Source of the DNA: an uncultured Planctomycetota bacterium
Lineage (GTDB): Bacteria > Planctomycetota > Planctomycetia > Isosphaerales > Isosphaeraceae
Direction of reading: 5' to 3'
Assembly: GCA_963737655.1 (NCBI GenBank)
Contig: CAVTTN010000002.1
Coordinates: forward strand, 1,024,001 to 1,088,000
DNA length: 64,000 nt
Shown: positions 61,744 to 64,000 of the stretch, piece by piece
Position numbering within the stretch: position 1 is the stretch's first letter
Layout: the number at the start of each line of letters is the position of its first letter
The notes under the pieces: generated by a model
Database searches by the model: none
Seen by the model: the letters and a program-made list of their open reading frames with translations, nothing else
Told to the model about the DNA's origin: nothing
Made by a program: the position numbers and the translations under genes

Positions 61744-61941
61744 GATGAACCGCCAAGCCGCCAAGAGCGCCAAGGGCAGAGGAGAGGAGGAAGAGAGAAA
61801 ACGAGGCAGGAAAAAAGAGTTGGGTTGCTCGGCCGGTCACTCGTGATTTGCGCGTTCACGCCTCGATCTCTTTTCTCTCGTCTCCTCCTCTCCTCCTCCT
61901 CTTCTCCCTCCTTGGCGCTCTTGGCGGCTTGGCGGTTCATC
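61744..61941. repeat. Triple-heptamer palindrome, CGCCAAG family (copy C)
   Basis: Perfect 32-bp arms gatgaaccgccaagccgccaagagcgccaagg and its complement, with purine- and pyrimidine-rich inner tracts. Confidence 0.9.
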
Positions 61942-61967
61942 TCCCTCCCCTCGGCGGTTCGTCCGGA

Positions 61968-63374
61968 TTATCGAGAGACCTCGATCTCGGGTTCGGGCAA
62001 GGTCCGGGCGATCTCGTCCAGGCGATAGCCGAAGCCCGGCCCGGCGAGGGAGGAGAGGTCAATCCGCCCGTCTCGCCGGCGATACAGCCCGGGGTGGACG
62101 GCCGCCTCGGGGGTTGAGGCGTCGGGATAGAACTGCATGGCGTTGGTCTCGATGCCCCGGATCGTCCCGGAGTGGGCCGCGAGCCCGGCGTGGGCGATTT
62201 GCGCCAGCATGGGATTGGTGAGGTCCTGGACCATCAGCGCCATCCCGTGGCCCTTCGCCCAGGCTTGCGACAGGAGCGCCCCGGTCTGCGTCTTGCACGT
62301 CTTCAAGGCCACGCCCGTCCAGCCGAGCGACTTGCCCAGCCTCACCAGCCTCCAGTCGTGGGCGCTCTCGTCCAGGAACAGCGGGACCCGCCGGGAAACC
62401 GCGCGAACGTCGATCCGATTCGCCTCCAGGTCGTAGGGGAACGGCTGCTCGACGTAGAGGAGCCTGGCGAACGTCTCGGGCCGGTCGGCCTTCACGCGAT
62501 CGAGGATGGAATTGACATATTCGGGGTCGGTCACGGTGCAATTGAAGTCGGCGGAGAGGGCCTCGACGCCTTCCTCGGCGGCGATCCGGCCGACCCGGTC
62601 GATCCGGTCGAAGTCCCACTCCGGATCGGTGCCCGTGAGCTTGATTTTCAGGCTGGTCAGGCCGTCCCGGCGGACCCAGTCGCGGAGGAGGACGGGGTGG
62701 CCGTCGTCGGGCTCGTCGCCGCGAAGATCGCCCGGGTCGATCGGGTCTCTGCCGCCGACGAGGTGCCAGGCCAGGAGACTCGTCGGCGGGTTCGGGTCGA
62801 GGAAATCGCCCGGGAACCGGCATTTGAAGCGCCGGGCTTCCTCGGGGTCGAAGAACGCGGCGAGGTCGCGATTCAGGAATGCCGAGTTGTACGATTGATA
62901 GGTCGAAATGCCGAGGAGGGCGCCGAACGCGTCGTGCAAGGCCAGGTCGAAGGCCGAGTCGCAGATCATCGCGGCGAGGAGGGGCATCGGCTCGGCCCCG
63001 GCGCGTTCCTCCCGGTTGAACGCGCGGAGGAGGCCGGGCAGGAGGTCGTCGAGGACGTCGTGGCCGACCTCCATCGGGTGGCCGAACTCGTCGATCGCGA
63101 AGGTCCAGACCTCGGCCAGAATCCGGCAGAACGCGACCATCGCCGAGAGCCGATCGGCCGCGGGGAGCGTCCCCGGCCAGGCCCACTGGACGCTCAGGGG
63201 CGTCTCGCCCCAGCCGACGGCCGAGTGTCCTCGGCGATCCTCGACCGTGAGCTTGACCCGGGCGCAGGTGACCTCGGTGAGCGTCTCCGGGCCGAATTTC
63301 AGGGGCATCCGGGTGCGGACCGGCAGCAAGTAAAGGCTCGCGGCGACGGGTCGAACATCGGTCGGCTTCGGCAT
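61968..63374 (-). CDS. Enolase-superfamily (mandelate racemase/MLE-like) protein
   Basis: GWGETPL, LKIKL, DFNC, YVEQP, LDESAHD, ALKTCK, GPGFG. Confidence 0.85.
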   Translation of the reverse strand: MPKPTDVRPVAASLYLLPVRTRMPLKFGPETLTEVTCARVKLTVEDRRGHSAVGWGETPLSVQWAWPGTLPAADRLSAMVAFCRILAEVWTFAIDEFGHPMEVGHDVLDDLLPGLLRAFNREERAGAEPMPLLAAMICDSAFDLALHDAFGALLGISTYQSYNSAFLNRDLAAFFDPEEARRFKCRFPGDFLDPNPPTSLLAWHLVGGRDPIDPGDLRGDEPDDGHPVLLRDWVRRDGLTSLKIKLTGTDPEWDFDRIDRVGRIAAEEGVEALSADFNCTVTDPEYVNSILDRVKADRPETFARLLYVEQPFPYDLEANRIDVRAVSRRVPLFLDESAHDWRLVRLGKSLGWTGVALKTCKTQTGALLSQAWAKGHGMALMVQDLTNPMLAQIAHAGLAAHSGTIRGIETNAMQFYPDASTPEAAVHPGLYRRRDGRIDLSSLAGPGFGYRLDEIARTLPEPEIEVSR

Positions 63375-63503
63375 GGCGGAGGGTCTCCCGAGAGGCCCGC
63401 CATGATCGCCGATCGGCGGAGCCGCGGCCACTCCTCGCCTGCCGGGCCGGTCCGAAATGTGGTACGATCGGACTGAGGGATCGTCCCGAGAGAGGGCCAA
63501 GCC

Positions 63504-64000
63504 ATGCACGAGGTCGCCGTTTTGGATGAGATCGACGTCGAATCCACGCCGATCGACGACAGCGAATCCCTTTATGAGGTCGTCAATGGCCAGAGGGTGG
63601 AGATCGCGCCGATGGCGTTCAAGGGGAGCCTGATCGCGACGAGATTGTCACACGAGATCATGCTCTTCACCGATCCCCGGAGCCTGGGCATGGTCGCGAC
63701 CGAGGCTCTCTTTATCCTCGACAATGAGAGGAACTTGCGACGAAGGCCGGACCTGGCCTTCGTCGCGAAAGAACGGCTTCGGATCGACCTGGAGGACGAC
63801 CCCCCGGCCTGGGACGTCATCCCGAACCTCGCGGTGGAAGTCGTCAGCCCGACGGATCATTTCGTGGACGTGATCGGGAAGATCGGCGAATACTTCTCCC
63901 ACGGGGTCGAGGCGGTCTGGCTGGTCGTCCCTTCCCGGGGCCGGGTCTGGATCTTCGAGGCGATCGACCGCGTGACCATCCGCAACCGAGACGCGGAGAT
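63504..64000 (+). CDS. Uma2 family endonuclease (runs off the window)
   Basis: LYEVVNG, RRPDLAFV, PNLAVEVVSP, KIGEYFSHGVEAVWLV. Confidence 0.85.
   Translation, partial: MHEVAVLDEIDVESTPIDDSESLYEVVNGQRVEIAPMAFKGSLIATRLSHEIMLFTDPRSLGMVATEALFILDNERNLRRRPDLAFVAKERLRIDLEDDPPAWDVIPNLAVEVVSPTDHFVDVIGKIGEYFSHGVEAVWLVVPSRGRVWIFEAIDRVTIRNRDAE

Overview
GC-rich bacterial chromosomal segment whose gene content points to a planctomycete, most like the Isosphaeraceae. Supporting genes include a PSCyt1/WD40-DUF1549/1553-DUF1501 cassette, Uma2 endonucleases, LEPR-xLL secreted proteins, three large Hanks-type Ser/Thr kinases and two ECF sigma factors. About 48 coding regions are supported, including uvrB, queE, rfbC/rfbD, an ABC-F ATPase, an acyl-CoA dehydrogenase, a cysteine desulfurase, a ComEA-like protein and a VapBC-type pair. 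No rRNA, tRNA, CRISPR array or intact transposase was seen. About 14 frameshifts split otherwise intact genes, most likely long-read indel errors. The most notable signal is a four-gene module at 45.3-49.4 kb (two YsnF/AvaK-like proteins, an HExxH metallopeptidase and a non-canonical Ddl-like ATP-grasp ligase) in which every gene has its own sigma54-like GG-N10-GC element. The window also holds many intergenic palindromic repeats, including three sequence families that share one 'triple-heptamer inverted repeat' architecture, and five membrane proteins with a shared pilin-like N-terminal motif. All family names come from motif recognition by eye, not from database searches.
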